From: an uncultured bacterium
GTDB lineage: Bacteria; Acidobacteriota; DATKUA01
Direction: 5' to 3'
NCBI GenBank assembly: GCA_965602675.1
Contig: CBFCZO010000003.1
Location: 12,372-76,371, forward strand
Length of the DNA stretch: 64,000 nucleotides
Shown here: piece by piece, positions 46,728-57,250 of the stretch
How the letters are laid out: each line of letters opens with the position of its first letter
Numbering within the stretch: position 1 is the first letter of the stretch
Notes under the pieces: model-generated
Told to the model about the DNA's origin: nothing
Seen by the model: the letters and a program-made list of their open reading frames with translations, nothing else
Database searches by the model: none
Translations under genes and position numbers: made by a program

Positions 46728-47432
46728 TCAGTGCTCCTCTGCAACAGCGCCGCTGATGTATATGGTCGATAGCATCGTGAAGATGAACGTCTGCAGAACC
46801 GCCATCAGCAGGCCGAGCGCAACCATCGGTGCCGGAAGCACTAATGGAAAAAGCTGGGTGAAAGCGCCCACCACTACGTGGTCGGCACTCATACTTCCCG
46901 AAAGACGTAAACTCAGGGAGAGCAGGCGCGCCAGGTGGCTGATCATCTCCGAGATCAGCATCAACGGCGCAAGCGCTGCGAGCGGTCCCATGAACGTTCG
47001 CGCGTAGCCGATGGGACCGTGCTGCCTGATACCCTGGGCGTTGTAATAGATGAACGACGAGATCGCAAACGCAAGTGTGGTGCTCAGGTACGGCGTCGGC
47101 GAGGTCAGTAAGGGCACCACGCCGATAGCGTTGAACGTCACGATGGTGACTGAGAATCCTCCGATGACCGCAAAATGGTAGTGCGGTTTCACGGGCACGT
47201 TGCTGGTTACCATTCCCCTGATCGCCGTGTAGACGGCTTCCAGCATTTGCTGGAAGGATCCGCGGTTGTCGGGATGCAGGCGGCGGCCGATCAGTGGCAA
47301 CGCGATCACCAGGATAAGGGTGATCAGGGTAACCATCACCACGTGGTCGCTGTTAAGAAACTGCACTTCCTGCGGAAGCCCGTCCAGGATTGGCTTGAGC
47401 AGCAGGTACGGCAAAGATAGCTCGTGTTTCAT
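46728..47432 (-). CDS. atpB: F0F1 ATP synthase subunit a
   Basis: 234 aa and polytopic. The conserved Arg lies in LLSLSLRLSGSM, and the C-terminal TFIFTMLSTIYISGA is typical of subunit a. Confidence 0.85.
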   Translation of the reverse strand: MKHELSLPYLLLKPILDGLPQEVQFLNSDHVVMVTLITLILVIALPLIGRRLHPDNRGSFQQMLEAVYTAIRGMVTSNVPVKPHYHFAVIGGFSVTIVTFNAIGVVPLLTSPTPYLSTTLAFAISSFIYYNAQGIRQHGPIGYARTFMGPLAALAPLMLISEMISHLARLLSLSLRLSGSMSADHVVVGAFTQLFPLVLPAPMVALGLLMAVLQTFIFTMLSTIYISGAVAEEH

Positions 47433-47450
47433 CTATGTGCTCTTGGTTCT

Positions 47451-47834
47451 CTAAGCCCTCAGGGCAAAAAACTCCAAGACCAGTTCCACAACGATCGCGG
47501 GCAGGAAAATTGATAAGCCCGCAATAAAAGGCTCCAGGTGGAGCCAAGGTGCCTGGAGAATAGCATAGAGGGTAACCGCGAGCAATACGAATCTCCAGGA
47601 CACACGCCACCACAGCCTGCGCCGCATGCGCTTCTGACTGATGGCGTAAACGCCCTTGACCGCGCCGTGGGTCCACAAGCCGCAGAGCAGCATCAGCAGG
47701 CCGCCGGTCAGCGCGCTGGCTGCGTGCCCGAGCCCCCAGAACGCCGCTCCGCCGGTCACAATCGGCAGCAACGCCAGTGCCGCGATATAGGTGCGCTGGA
47801 GCGTGCGGTCGGTCTCCTCGGGAAAGAGGTTCAT
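47451..47834 (-). CDS. atpI: ATP synthase subunit I-like small membrane protein
   Basis: 127 aa with four TM segments, directly upstream of atpB. The call is by position and topology only. Confidence 0.5.
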   Translation of the reverse strand: MNLFPEETDRTLQRTYIAALALLPIVTGGAAFWGLGHAASALTGGLLMLLCGLWTHGAVKGVYAISQKRMRRRLWWRVSWRFVLLAVTLYAILQAPWLHLEPFIAGLSIFLPAIVVELVLEFFALRA

Positions 47835-47835
47835 T

Positions 47836-48042
47836 TCAGCCGCTTTTCTCCAGGCGTTTCAATGTTCTTAGCAGATTGACCACGGCCCCCGCAAGGCCGA
47901 GTGCCATCAAAGACAAGGTGAGCAAGGGAGCCGTGCCGAAGATATCGTCGAGCCAGTTTCCCACCCACAAGCCGATAAGGATAGCTGCGACGAACCCCAG
48001 CCCTGCCGCGCTCAGCTCAGCGTAGAGGTGCCCTTTGTCCAT
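47836..48042 (-). CDS. atpZ: AtpZ/AtpI-family protein (putative F0F1-ATPase accessory subunit)
   Basis: Two TM helices with the GLWVGNWLDDIFGTAPLLTLSLMALGLAG pattern of the ATPase_gene1 family. ATG 48042 is chosen because the terminator hairpin at 48097-48123 lies inside the longer track ORF. Confidence 0.65.
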   Translation of the reverse strand: MDKGHLYAELSAAGLGFVAAILIGLWVGNWLDDIFGTAPLLTLSLMALGLAGAVVNLLRTLKRLEKSG

Positions 48043-48093
48043 GGGCCTAATATATGCCAGCGCCGCTGGCTCTACAACAACGCCGCTCACACG

Positions 48094-48123
48094 AAAACGG
48101 CGGGGCATCCTGTGCCCCGCCGT
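48094..48123 (-). terminator. rho-independent terminator downstream of maeB
   Basis: A perfect 11-bp stem ACGGCGGGGCA (48097-48107) pairs with TGCCCCGCCGT (48113-48123) around a 5-nt loop. On the minus strand it is followed by TTTTCG (plus-strand AAAA at 48094-48097). Confidence 0.6.
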
Positions 48124-48161
48124 CTGTGATTCTTACCTCAATCCGCTGCGTTTTCAGTCTG

Positions 48162-50438
<2,277 letters not shown>

Positions 50439-50713
50439 AACTCCTCAATTGTTCCTAAAGATTCATTTGGAAAAGAGTTGCAGGAGATTATAAGCACAAT
50501 TACGTTGCATAGTTAATTCCCAAGTGCATACGACCTGTAATCGAGAATTCTTTCACCATTGGCAAAAACAGTCAAGTGCCAATCGATAATCCCGGTGGAA
50601 TCGTCAGTGGAGCGCTGGTATTCTGCCAGGGAGCAGGGAATACGACTCACTTGTGAATAAAATATTAGCTAATATGTTATGGTGTTCATAATCTGCCCAC
50701 ATCGGAGGTAGTT

Positions 50714-51676
50714 ATGCGGCGAGTAACTTATTATATCGTAGATGTTTTTACCGATAAGCCACTTGCTGGCAATCCGCTTGCCGTGTTTCCCGATCGCACC
50801 GAGATCCGGGAAGAAGAACTGCAGCAGGTGGCTCGCGAGTTGAATCTCAGCGAAACCGTTTTCGTCGAGGATCCTACTGATAAGACCGCCTTGCGGCGAC
50901 TGAGGATCTTTACGCCCTTAAAGGAAATACCGCTTGCCGGGCACCCGGTTGTCGGGACGTGGTTCCTGCTCGCCTCGAGGGGGGTCGTCGACCTTGACGA
51001 AGTGCTGCACAGCGGCATGGCAACGCTGGAGATGGCTGACGGAATCGAGAAGATCACGTTCAACCACGAGCTGGCGGCCGGTGTCTTGCCGGTGACGGTC
51101 TACCGCTCCGACGGCGAGGTCACGGGTGTGGCGATGGATCAGGTTCCGCCGGTATTCGGCGACGAGATACAGGACGTCGACCTCGTCGCATCGGCTCTCG
51201 GGCTCAAGGGCGATCAGATAAGGCGGAGCGGGATGCCGCCACGCGTCGTTTCCACCGGCCTGCCGATAATGATCGCGCCTTTGGCGTCGCTGAAGGACCT
51301 GCAGGAGATACAGATCAACACCTCTGAGTTCAGCAACCTGACAACAGAGCATAAATGCACGGGGATTTACGCTTTCACCCGCGACGCGCCCAAGGAGGTC
51401 GCCCTCGTGCGCGCCAGGGGATTCTTCCCCGATGTGGGTGTGGCCGAAGACCCCGCCACCGGCTCTGCTTCCGGCTGTCTCGGGGCCTACCTGGCAAAGC
51501 ACGACGTCATCCATCCGCGTCCGACGGTCGCCTTCCAGATCTCCCAAGGCGCCGAAATCGGGCGGCCCAGTACGATCGGCGTCGAGGTCACCGCCGAGGG
51601 CGCCGAAATCGTGCGCATCCGCGTCGTTGGCACATCGGTAATCGTGATCGAGGGAAAGCTATTGCTGCCCGACTGA
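50714..51676 (+). CDS. PhzF-family isomerase
   Basis: N-terminus YYIVDVFTDKPLAGNPLAV and LNLSETVF (catalytic Glu), with GGAGG SD before the ATG. 320 aa. Confidence 0.85.
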   Translation: MRRVTYYIVDVFTDKPLAGNPLAVFPDRTEIREEELQQVARELNLSETVFVEDPTDKTALRRLRIFTPLKEIPLAGHPVVGTWFLLASRGVVDLDEVLHSGMATLEMADGIEKITFNHELAAGVLPVTVYRSDGEVTGVAMDQVPPVFGDEIQDVDLVASALGLKGDQIRRSGMPPRVVSTGLPIMIAPLASLKDLQEIQINTSEFSNLTTEHKCTGIYAFTRDAPKEVALVRARGFFPDVGVAEDPATGSASGCLGAYLAKHDVIHPRPTVAFQISQGAEIGRPSTIGVEVTAEGAEIVRIRVVGTSVIVIEGKLLLPD

Positions 51677-51888
51677 GCCGCTGCCAGCGAAGATATTGAA
51701 ATAGCATCGTGGTCAGGGTGGATTCTTTTATTCGAGTGCTTCAATAGACGCTGGATTCCCGCCCGGACGCTAATTACCATCGAAATCAATCATTACCTCG
51801 CCATATCTTCGGGTTGACACGCGCCGGATGATGTGCGACATTTGTCACACGTGACTATAATCGCACATTGCCAAAGCGAGGTCAGCTC

Positions 51889-52923
51889 ATGAGCATGAAC
51901 TATTTCAGTCGGCGAGCGTTTCTTTGGGGAGTGGCAGGCTTCTGCGCTGCCCTGCCTGCCGGATGCAAGGGAATGGTCGATGGCGGCGGGGTTGCGGCTT
52001 CCGGTATGGCGGCCGGTTGCCGCGTGCGCCTGCCGAATCCCTACACCGAAAACGGCAAGCCGATAGTAGCCGTGGTTCGCGGGGCGGAATTTAAGTCGAT
52101 GCTCGCCAAGGGCATGGAACTGCTGGGCGGATTCGCACGCTTCGGCAGCGACAAGCAGGTGATCATCAAACCGAACTTCGTTTGGGAAAGATCCTATCCC
52201 ACGAGCACCGACGGGGAATCCATTCTGGCGGTCATTGAAACGCTGCGGCGGGAAGGATTCGGCGACGTCACAGTCGCGGAGTTGGTCACTGAGCATCCTG
52301 GCTCGGGCGGCGTGGGGAGGTCATTCGATTTATACGGTTTCAATGAAAAGGCAGCCGCGGGCGGCTTCAGGATCGATCCGCTCGACGATGATGAGGTTGT
52401 TGAGGTTCGGGACGGGCGTTGGGTCGCGATGCAGAGAGTGGGGGTTTTCCGGCGGATCTACGAGGCTCCGCTGATTATCGACATGCCGACGATCAAGGAG
52501 CACCAATTCACGAAGTTCACCTGCGCACTGAAAAACATAATGGGCGCGGTCGACCAGAAGAGCTGCGCCGATATGCACATGCAAGATGACGACGATGTCG
52601 CGCCTGAGATGCGGTTGCACCACGGACGATTGGCCGTCGCCGAGATCGCCCACGCCGTCAGTCCTGACCTGACGATCATCGACGCGCGCACCGTGATCGG
52701 CAAGACGCATTCCGTCCATTGGGGCGGAATTCCGCGCGAAGCTAACCGCGTAATCATCAGCGGCGATCCCCTGGCCGCCGACCGCGTCGCCGCCGGTGTG
52801 CTGGCCGAATGCTACGATCCATTCGAGGTCGCGGTCACTGACGACACATTCAACCACGCCGCACGCATCGGGCTGGGCACAGCTACGCTTGGAAATATCG
52901 TAATCAGGAAAGCCACTGCATAA
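51889..52923 (+). CDS. DUF362-domain protein with twin-arginine signal
   Basis: The N-terminus MSMNYFSRRAFLWGVAGFCAALPAGC has a Tat motif (SRRAFL) and a possible lipobox Cys. The core VIIKPNFV...TDGESILAVIETLRREG fits DUF362. GAGG lies 8 nt before ATG 51889. Confidence 0.65.
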   Translation: MSMNYFSRRAFLWGVAGFCAALPAGCKGMVDGGGVAASGMAAGCRVRLPNPYTENGKPIVAVVRGAEFKSMLAKGMELLGGFARFGSDKQVIIKPNFVWERSYPTSTDGESILAVIETLRREGFGDVTVAELVTEHPGSGGVGRSFDLYGFNEKAAAGGFRIDPLDDDEVVEVRDGRWVAMQRVGVFRRIYEAPLIIDMPTIKEHQFTKFTCALKNIMGAVDQKSCADMHMQDDDDVAPEMRLHHGRLAVAEIAHAVSPDLTIIDARTVIGKTHSVHWGGIPREANRVIISGDPLAADRVAAGVLAECYDPFEVAVTDDTFNHAARIGLGTATLGNIVIRKATA

Positions 52924-53026
52924 GTCGTGTTGTCCTTACTCTATAAGTAATACTTCGTAAATTATCATAAATAGAAGTCTATAGTTTTCTATTTACCTTC
53001 ATACACCGCGTCTGCGACCATCCTTC

Positions 53027-53055
53027 GTGACACAGCCGGCATGCGGCAATATAAT
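53027..53055 (+). promoter_or_regulatory. candidate sigma-70 promoter of polA
   Basis: GTGACA (53027-53032), a 17-nt spacer, then a perfect TATAAT (53050-53055). This is 32 nt upstream of the polA ATG, which has a GGAGAG SD. An AT-rich tract of about 70 bp (52930-53000) lies just upstream. Confidence 0.4.
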
Positions 53056-53086
53056 CAAACTCTCGAAAATCGATTACGGAGAGCCC

Positions 53087-55792
53087 ATGCCCGATCCCGA
53101 ACGCTTGTTTATAATCGACGGCCACGCGCTGGCCTACCGCTCCTTCTACGCCTTGATCAAGCAGCCGATGAGCACCTCGCGCGGGGAGGACGTGCGCGCC
53201 GTGTTCGGCTTCGCCACAACGCTGATGAGCATTATCCGCGACCAGCAGCCCGAATACCTGGCGGTCGCCTTCGATCCCAAGGGCCCGACCTTCCGCCACG
53301 AGCAGTACGCGCAGTACAAGGCGACGCGGCAGAAGATGCCCGACGAGATGCGCACACAGATCCCGCGCATCTTCGAGCTGGTCGAGGCGTTTGGCGTGCC
53401 GACGCTGCAGATCGAGGGCTTCGAGGCCGACGACATCATGGCCAGCGTCGCGAAGAAAGCGGAGGAGCAGGGTATCGAGGTTTTCCTGGTGACCGCAGAC
53501 AAGGACTTCGGCCAGATCGTCGGCCCGCATATCAGGATGTTCAACCTGCGGGCGCGGGAGACCGGCGTTGAAATCATCGACGCCGAGGCAATCGAGGAGA
53601 AGTTCGGCGTGCGCCCCGAGCAGATGCTCGACCTGCTCTCGCTGATGGGCGACAGCTCGGACAACATCCCGGGCGTGCGCGGCGTCGGCCAGAAGACCGC
53701 TGCCGACCTGCTGCAGAAGTACGGCAGCCTCGAGGGGGTCTACGAGCACCTCGACGATCTCGGCGGCAAGGCAGTGGCGAAGCGTCTGGCCGAGGGCAGG
53801 GAGGACGCCGAGCTCAGCCGCGGCCTGATCCGGCTGCGCACCGAAATCGATTTCGGTAATCTCGACAAGTTGCGCTGGGAAGCCGGATTTCCCCAGAAGG
53901 CGGCGGAGTTGCTCAAGGAACTGGAGTTCCAGACGCTGCTGGGGCAGGTAACCGAGCTGGCCGAGGCCGGCGCAAAAGAGAAGCCGGAGCACGATTACCG
54001 CGCCGTCACCACCGCGGCTGCGCTGGGCGACCTGATCGAGATGCTGAAGAAGATCGGCTCGTTCTGCGTCGACACCGAGACGACATCGGAATTTCCGCTG
54101 GAGGCCGAGCTTGTCGGGCTCAGCTTCTCGGTCGAAGAGGGGAAGGCCTTCTACGTCTCCCTGAACCACTTCGAGAATCTCGGGAGCGCGGAAGTGTTGG
54201 AGCGGCTGCGGCCGCTGCTGGAGGACGAGGGGCTGGCCAAGACGGGTCAGAACATCAAGTACGACGCGCTGGCCATGCGCAACTCCGGCGTGCGGCTGCG
54301 CGGCATCGAGTTCGACACGATGATCGCCAGCTACGTGCTCGATCCCGGCGCGCGCGGCCATGGTCTCGACATCCTCTCCCTGCGCCACCTCGACTACAAG
54401 AAGATCCCGACGAAGGAACTGATCGGCTCCGGCCGCAAGCAGATCACGATGGCCGAGGTCGATCTGGAGCGGATCGCCGAGTACGCCTGCGAGGACGCCG
54501 ACTATACGATGCGCCTGAGGCAGATCTTCGAGCCTCAAATGAAGGAAGCGGAGGCTGAAGAACTTTTTCGCGAGCTGGAGATGCCGCTTTCGCTCGTGCT
54601 GGAGGAGATGGAGTACGTTGGCATCGGGCTCGACACAGGCCTGCTTGGGAAATTGAGCGGCGAGTTTCAGAAGCGGCTCGAGGAACTCGAAGGGCAGATC
54701 CACAACGCCGCCGGCACCCCCTTCAACATCAACTCCCCGCAGCAGCTCGGCGAGATACTCTTCGACAAGCTCGAAGTGCATAGGGAGTTGAGGTACAAGC
54801 CGAAGAAAACGCCGACGGGGCAGTGGCGCACCGATATCGACGTGCTGAAGTCGCTGCAGGGACACCCGTTGCCGGCGATGATCCTCGACTGGCGCCAGCT
54901 CTCCAAGCTCAAGGGCACCTACATCGACGCCCTGCCGAAGTTGGTCAACTCCAAAACCGGTCGCCTGCACACCTCGTTCAACCAGGCGATCGCCGCCACC
55001 GGCCGCCTCAGCTCATCCGATCCCAACCTGCAGAACATCCCCGTGCGCACCGAGATGGGCCGCGAGATCCGCCGCGCCTTTATCCCAGGCGAGGGCTTCG
55101 AGTGCCTGATGTCGGCCGACTACTCGCAGATAGAACTGCGCATCGCCGCCCACTTCAGCGGCGACTCCGAACTCGTCAACGCCTTCAAGTCCGGCAAGGA
55201 CATCCACCGCGAGACCGCCGCCAAGGTCTTCAATATCTTCCCCGAAATGGTCACCCGCGAGCAGCGCGATTTCGCCAAGCGGATCAACTTCGGCATCCTC
55301 TACGGCATGGGACCGGCACTGTTCTCCAAAGAGACCGGAGTCAGCTTCAAGGAAGCCAAGCGTTTCATCGAGGACTATCTCGCCACCTTCTCCGGCATCA
55401 GGGACTACATCGAACGGACGCTCGACGAGGCACGGCGGCAGGGCTACGTCACCACGATGCTTGGGCGGCGCCGCTACCTTCCGGAGCTGGATTCGCCCAA
55501 CCCCGGCATCCGCAGCCATGCCGAGAACATGGCCGTCAACACACCGATCCAGGGTTCCGCAGCCGACATCATTAAGCGCGCGATGATTGACATCCAGGCC
55601 GACATCGAGCGCGAAGGTCTGTACAGCCGCATGGTTTTGCAGGTGCATGACGAGCTTGTGTTCGAGATCGCCCCCGGCGAGCTGGAGAGGGTGCGCGAAA
55701 TAGCAGTGAAACGGATGGAGGGCGCCGTGGAATTGATCGTACCCGTTGTGGTTGACACCGGCAACGGCGCCAACTGGCTCGAAGCGCACTGA
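53087..55792 (+). CDS. polA: DNA polymerase I
   Basis: The 5'-nuclease N-terminus is LFIIDGHALAYRSFYA. A 3'-5' exo-like region has FCVDTETTS. Polymerase motifs are DYSQIELRIAAH, RDFAKRINFGILYG and QVHDELVFE. Start is set at the ATG of MPDPERL. Confidence 0.95.
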   Translation: MPDPERLFIIDGHALAYRSFYALIKQPMSTSRGEDVRAVFGFATTLMSIIRDQQPEYLAVAFDPKGPTFRHEQYAQYKATRQKMPDEMRTQIPRIFELVEAFGVPTLQIEGFEADDIMASVAKKAEEQGIEVFLVTADKDFGQIVGPHIRMFNLRARETGVEIIDAEAIEEKFGVRPEQMLDLLSLMGDSSDNIPGVRGVGQKTAADLLQKYGSLEGVYEHLDDLGGKAVAKRLAEGREDAELSRGLIRLRTEIDFGNLDKLRWEAGFPQKAAELLKELEFQTLLGQVTELAEAGAKEKPEHDYRAVTTAAALGDLIEMLKKIGSFCVDTETTSEFPLEAELVGLSFSVEEGKAFYVSLNHFENLGSAEVLERLRPLLEDEGLAKTGQNIKYDALAMRNSGVRLRGIEFDTMIASYVLDPGARGHGLDILSLRHLDYKKIPTKELIGSGRKQITMAEVDLERIAEYACEDADYTMRLRQIFEPQMKEAEAEELFRELEMPLSLVLEEMEYVGIGLDTGLLGKLSGEFQKRLEELEGQIHNAAGTPFNINSPQQLGEILFDKLEVHRELRYKPKKTPTGQWRTDIDVLKSLQGHPLPAMILDWRQLSKLKGTYIDALPKLVNSKTGRLHTSFNQAIAATGRLSSSDPNLQNIPVRTEMGREIRRAFIPGEGFECLMSADYSQIELRIAAHFSGDSELVNAFKSGKDIHRETAAKVFNIFPEMVTREQRDFAKRINFGILYGMGPALFSKETGVSFKEAKRFIEDYLATFSGIRDYIERTLDEARRQGYVTTMLGRRRYLPELDSPNPGIRSHAENMAVNTPIQGSAADIIKRAMIDIQADIEREGLYSRMVLQVHDELVFEIAPGELERVREIAVKRMEGAVELIVPVVVDTGNGANWLEAH

Positions 55793-55820
55793 GATCGGAC
55801 GCTGGAATTCCTCTGACTGC

Positions 55821-57161
55821 TTATCCGAACAGTCCCTTCTTCTTCGGCTCCTTGATGACCTTGCGCGCCTTGAGGTCGCCGATCATCTCCTCGGGGATGC
55901 CGGCGTCGAGCAGGGCTTGTTCTTGAGCTTTCACTGGCTTCTCGGATACCTGCTTCAGCACCTTGTCGATGGTCAACCTGTAACGCTCGTTGAGTTCCTC
56001 GAGCAAGTTATGCCGGATCTCGCCTGCCTGGCGGATGGAGAACTGGATGTTGCCGATTTTGCGCCGCAGCATGCGCTCGTCGTGGGGCGTCATGGCCTTG
56101 TTTTTCTTGCCGTCGCGGATGCGTTTGCTTAGATCATTGATGCTTCGCATGCCGCTCTTGTAGACCTCGGATATGTAGCTGAGAGCCTCTTCCTGCTCGC
56201 CTACGCGGCAGAGCAGATCGATGATCAGCATCACAGCCTTCATTCCCTGTTCGATGCTCTTGAATGCCGTCTCTTTGCTGTAGCTGTAATCGTACGCTTT
56301 AACCGCCATGCGCAGGCACTCTTCTTCGTTGCGCGGCAACTCCGCCCAGCGCGACCGCAGCGTGTAGAGGAGTTTGCTCAGCGATGCCGGTCCGGCGCCG
56401 GATAAGTCCGGGGATCCTCCCGCCGAGCCGTCGAGATCATGGAGGATGGCTCCCTGGATCGTTGAGAGCAGCGTCCGCAGGTCCTCCAGCTTGTCGCGCA
56501 TCGAACCGGCCATGCCGGAGTAGGAGGTGTCGGCTTCCTCACCGCCTGCCTGCTCCTCGGTTTTTCTGCGCAAGTCGGCGAGAACCGAGCCGGCCTCCCC
56601 CAGCAGGCTTTGAAGTTTTTCAACGTCCTCCTGCATCCGGGCCAGCGAACCCTCGCCGAGGTCGATTGCTTTTACTCCTCCGCCTTGCTCGCGGAAGAGC
56701 CATCCGAGGCGTAGCGCGATGCGGCCGATCCGGTCGTGATTAACGTTATCGGTTTCCGGCATGCCGGCTATCATAAGCGCCGCCAGATGCTGCGCCGCGG
56801 CACCGTTGAATTCTAACTCTCCTTCCGGGACCAGCTTTCGCAACTCCACCAGAACCGCCCGTTTTTCTTTGTCGCTCTTGAGGTAGGCTTCGTGCAGATA
56901 GTCGTCCTTGCGGCTGCCGCTGGGATTCTCGATGTTATCGGCCAGGTCGGCGAACAGGCAGCGAGGACACTGCCAAACCGCGTAGTAGTGCGGCGGCACG
57001 GGATCAGAAACATCCTCGGCCCAGCGGTAAGAGACGACATGCATGTCGCTCTCGCGGCTGGCAGCGACAAAGAGCTTGGGATTGACGAAACGCAGCGGCA
57101 CTCTGCTTTTGCATACAGAGCACTCGATCTGCTTATCTAAAAAAATGTTCCTTTTTGCCAT
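55821..57161 (-). CDS. zinc-ribbon / TPR-like protein, DUF2225-like (paralog A)
   Basis: The N-terminus has CSVC...(43)...CPRC with PHYYAVWQCPRCLFAD. ALRLGWLFRE and a helical C-terminal half follow. It shares many conserved blocks with 57251-58579. GGTGGGAAG lies before the ATG. Confidence 0.55.
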   Translation of the reverse strand: MAKRNIFLDKQIECSVCKSRVPLRFVNPKLFVAASRESDMHVVSYRWAEDVSDPVPPHYYAVWQCPRCLFADLADNIENPSGSRKDDYLHEAYLKSDKEKRAVLVELRKLVPEGELEFNGAAAQHLAALMIAGMPETDNVNHDRIGRIALRLGWLFREQGGGVKAIDLGEGSLARMQEDVEKLQSLLGEAGSVLADLRRKTEEQAGGEEADTSYSGMAGSMRDKLEDLRTLLSTIQGAILHDLDGSAGGSPDLSGAGPASLSKLLYTLRSRWAELPRNEEECLRMAVKAYDYSYSKETAFKSIEQGMKAVMLIIDLLCRVGEQEEALSYISEVYKSGMRSINDLSKRIRDGKKNKAMTPHDERMLRRKIGNIQFSIRQAGEIRHNLLEELNERYRLTIDKVLKQVSEKPVKAQEQALLDAGIPEEMIGDLKARKVIKEPKKKGLFG

Positions 57162-57250
57162 AGCTTCCCACCATTACTAAATGCGCCATGTTCCAAATCG
57201 GGAACGCGCTGAATCGCCGTCCAGGGTGAAAACCCTTGAAGGCAAAACAG

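Noticed and set aside
50570-50590. TTGGCAC on the minus strand upstream of maeB as a sigma-54 -24 box
   Set aside because: The nearest TTGC is 10 nt away instead of 5, so the strict -24/-12 spacing is violated. The site is kept only as an inverted repeat.
52979-54970. 663-aa ORF on the minus strand, antisense to polA
   Set aside because: It lies entirely inside the unambiguous polA reading frame. The product is repetitive and rich in L, R, V, G and Q, with no motifs. This is a typical shadow ORF of high-GC coding DNA.
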